Source: an uncultured virus (IMG/VR IMGVR_UViG_3300030104_006589) (Duplodnaviria > Heunggongvirae > Uroviricota > Caudoviricetes). Taken from it: a stretch of 64,000 nucleotides of DNA. The stretch covers positions 1 through 64,000 of the IMG/VR virus record IMGVR_UViG_3300030104_006589, one strand, 5' to 3'. The position numbers and the translations under genes are program-made. Of this stretch, positions 63,335 to 64,000 are shown one piece after another (position 1 is the stretch's first letter; the number at the start of each line of letters is the position of its first letter). A model generated the notes under the pieces. That model searched no databases and was not told where the DNA came from. It saw only the letters and a list, made by a program, of their open reading frames with translations.

Positions 63335-64000
63335 TAGGGATACATAACAGGTCCAGCATCCCTGTCAACCATTTTTTTCACAAGCTGTATAAAGTCACAA
63401 GTAGGTTCCCACCCTAATTCTTCGCGAGCTTTTGTTGAATCTCCCCACAATAAATCTACTTCCGCTGGTCTATAAAAATCTTTATTAATTTCCACAAGAC
63501 AATCCTTTCCGTGAAAATATTTTTCATCAATTCCCTCCCCTCTCCACTCAGACACAGATCGGTGAAAACCAACCAAATTAAATGCTTCTACTACAAACTC
63601 TCTAATTGTATGTGTTTCATTAGAGGATAGCACATAATCTTTCTCTTTTCCTCTCTCTTGGTTTAGCATAAGCCAAACCCCCTTTATGAAATCTTCTGCA
63701 TCGCTCCAATCTCTTTTTGCATCTAGATTTCCCAATTGCAGAGGCTTAATGACTCTGCCTGTTTCAAACTCTTGGAGAATTCTGGCTACATTTTTTGTTA
63801 TCTTTCTAGTAACAAACTCTTCACCTCTACGGACTCCTTCATGATTAAAAAGCCAACCCTGCACTGCATAGAGGTCGTATGAGTCTCTGTATACCTTAAT
63901 TAAGTGACGAGCGGAGCATTTAGAAGCTCCATATGGGCTTCTGGGGCGCAGTGGGTGCTCTTCGTTCTGTGGGGCAAAGACTACATCTCCAAACTCTTCA
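63334..64000 (-). CDS. gmd: GDP-mannose 4,6-dehydratase, 5' part outside window
   Basis: PRSPYGASK, LFNHE..RRGEEFVTRKI, LGNLDAKRDW, YRPAEVDLL.GD. Confidence 0.92.
   Translation of the reverse strand, partial: EEFGDVVFAPQNEEHPLRPRSPYGASKCSARHLIKVYRDSYDLYAVQGWLFNHEGVRRGEEFVTRKITKNVARILQEFETGRVIKPLQLGNLDAKRDWSDAEDFIKGVWLMLNQERGKEKDYVLSSNETHTIREFVVEAFNLVGFHRSVSEWRGEGIDEKYFHGKDCLVEINKDFYRPAEVDLLWGDSTKAREELGWEPTCDFIQLVKKMVDRDAGPVMYP

Noticed and set aside
23101..64000. Stop-codon reassignment
   Set aside because: Long genes are intact in the standard code and TAA, TAG and TGA all end genes.

Overview
A 64-kb segment of a large, AT-rich tailed dsDNA phage with lambda-like tail-tip genes, from a scaffolded assembly with four 10-N gaps. 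No capsid, terminase, integrase or host chromosomal genes are visible. Layout: (1) 1-5.5 kb, + strand: an early-type region of small ORFs cut into 1.0-1.5 kb modules by five copies of an 80-bp double-palindrome repeat; four copies are followed by A-tracts and a sigma70-type promoter, and one module ends in a ~350-nt candidate structured RNA with two pseudoknots. (2) 5.5-23 kb, mostly - strand: accessory genes (SprT, tRNA-Leu, RuvB-like ATPase, sulfotransferase, DenV-like glycosylase, methyltransferase, pyrophosphatase, GT2, dCMP deaminase), a lysis cassette containing an orphan four-helix-bundle sensor-like membrane protein, and an outer-membrane beta-barrel. (3) 23-43.5 kb, + strand: gpL/gpK/gpI/gpJ-like tail tip and two very large repeat-rich fibre proteins. 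(4) 43.5-64 kb, - strand: glycosyltransferases, ClpC-like ATPase, a three-gene split DnaE, primase, DnaB, RecA and gmd. Window-wide signals include many apparently leaderless sigma70 promoters, a GTGTAA motif just upstream of start codons, and a one-orientation TTATTT-N14/15-GATC motif. The host is inferred to be Gram-negative (beta-barrel, lipoprotein); a PVC-group host is only a guess. All protein calls come from recognising motifs by eye, not from database searches.
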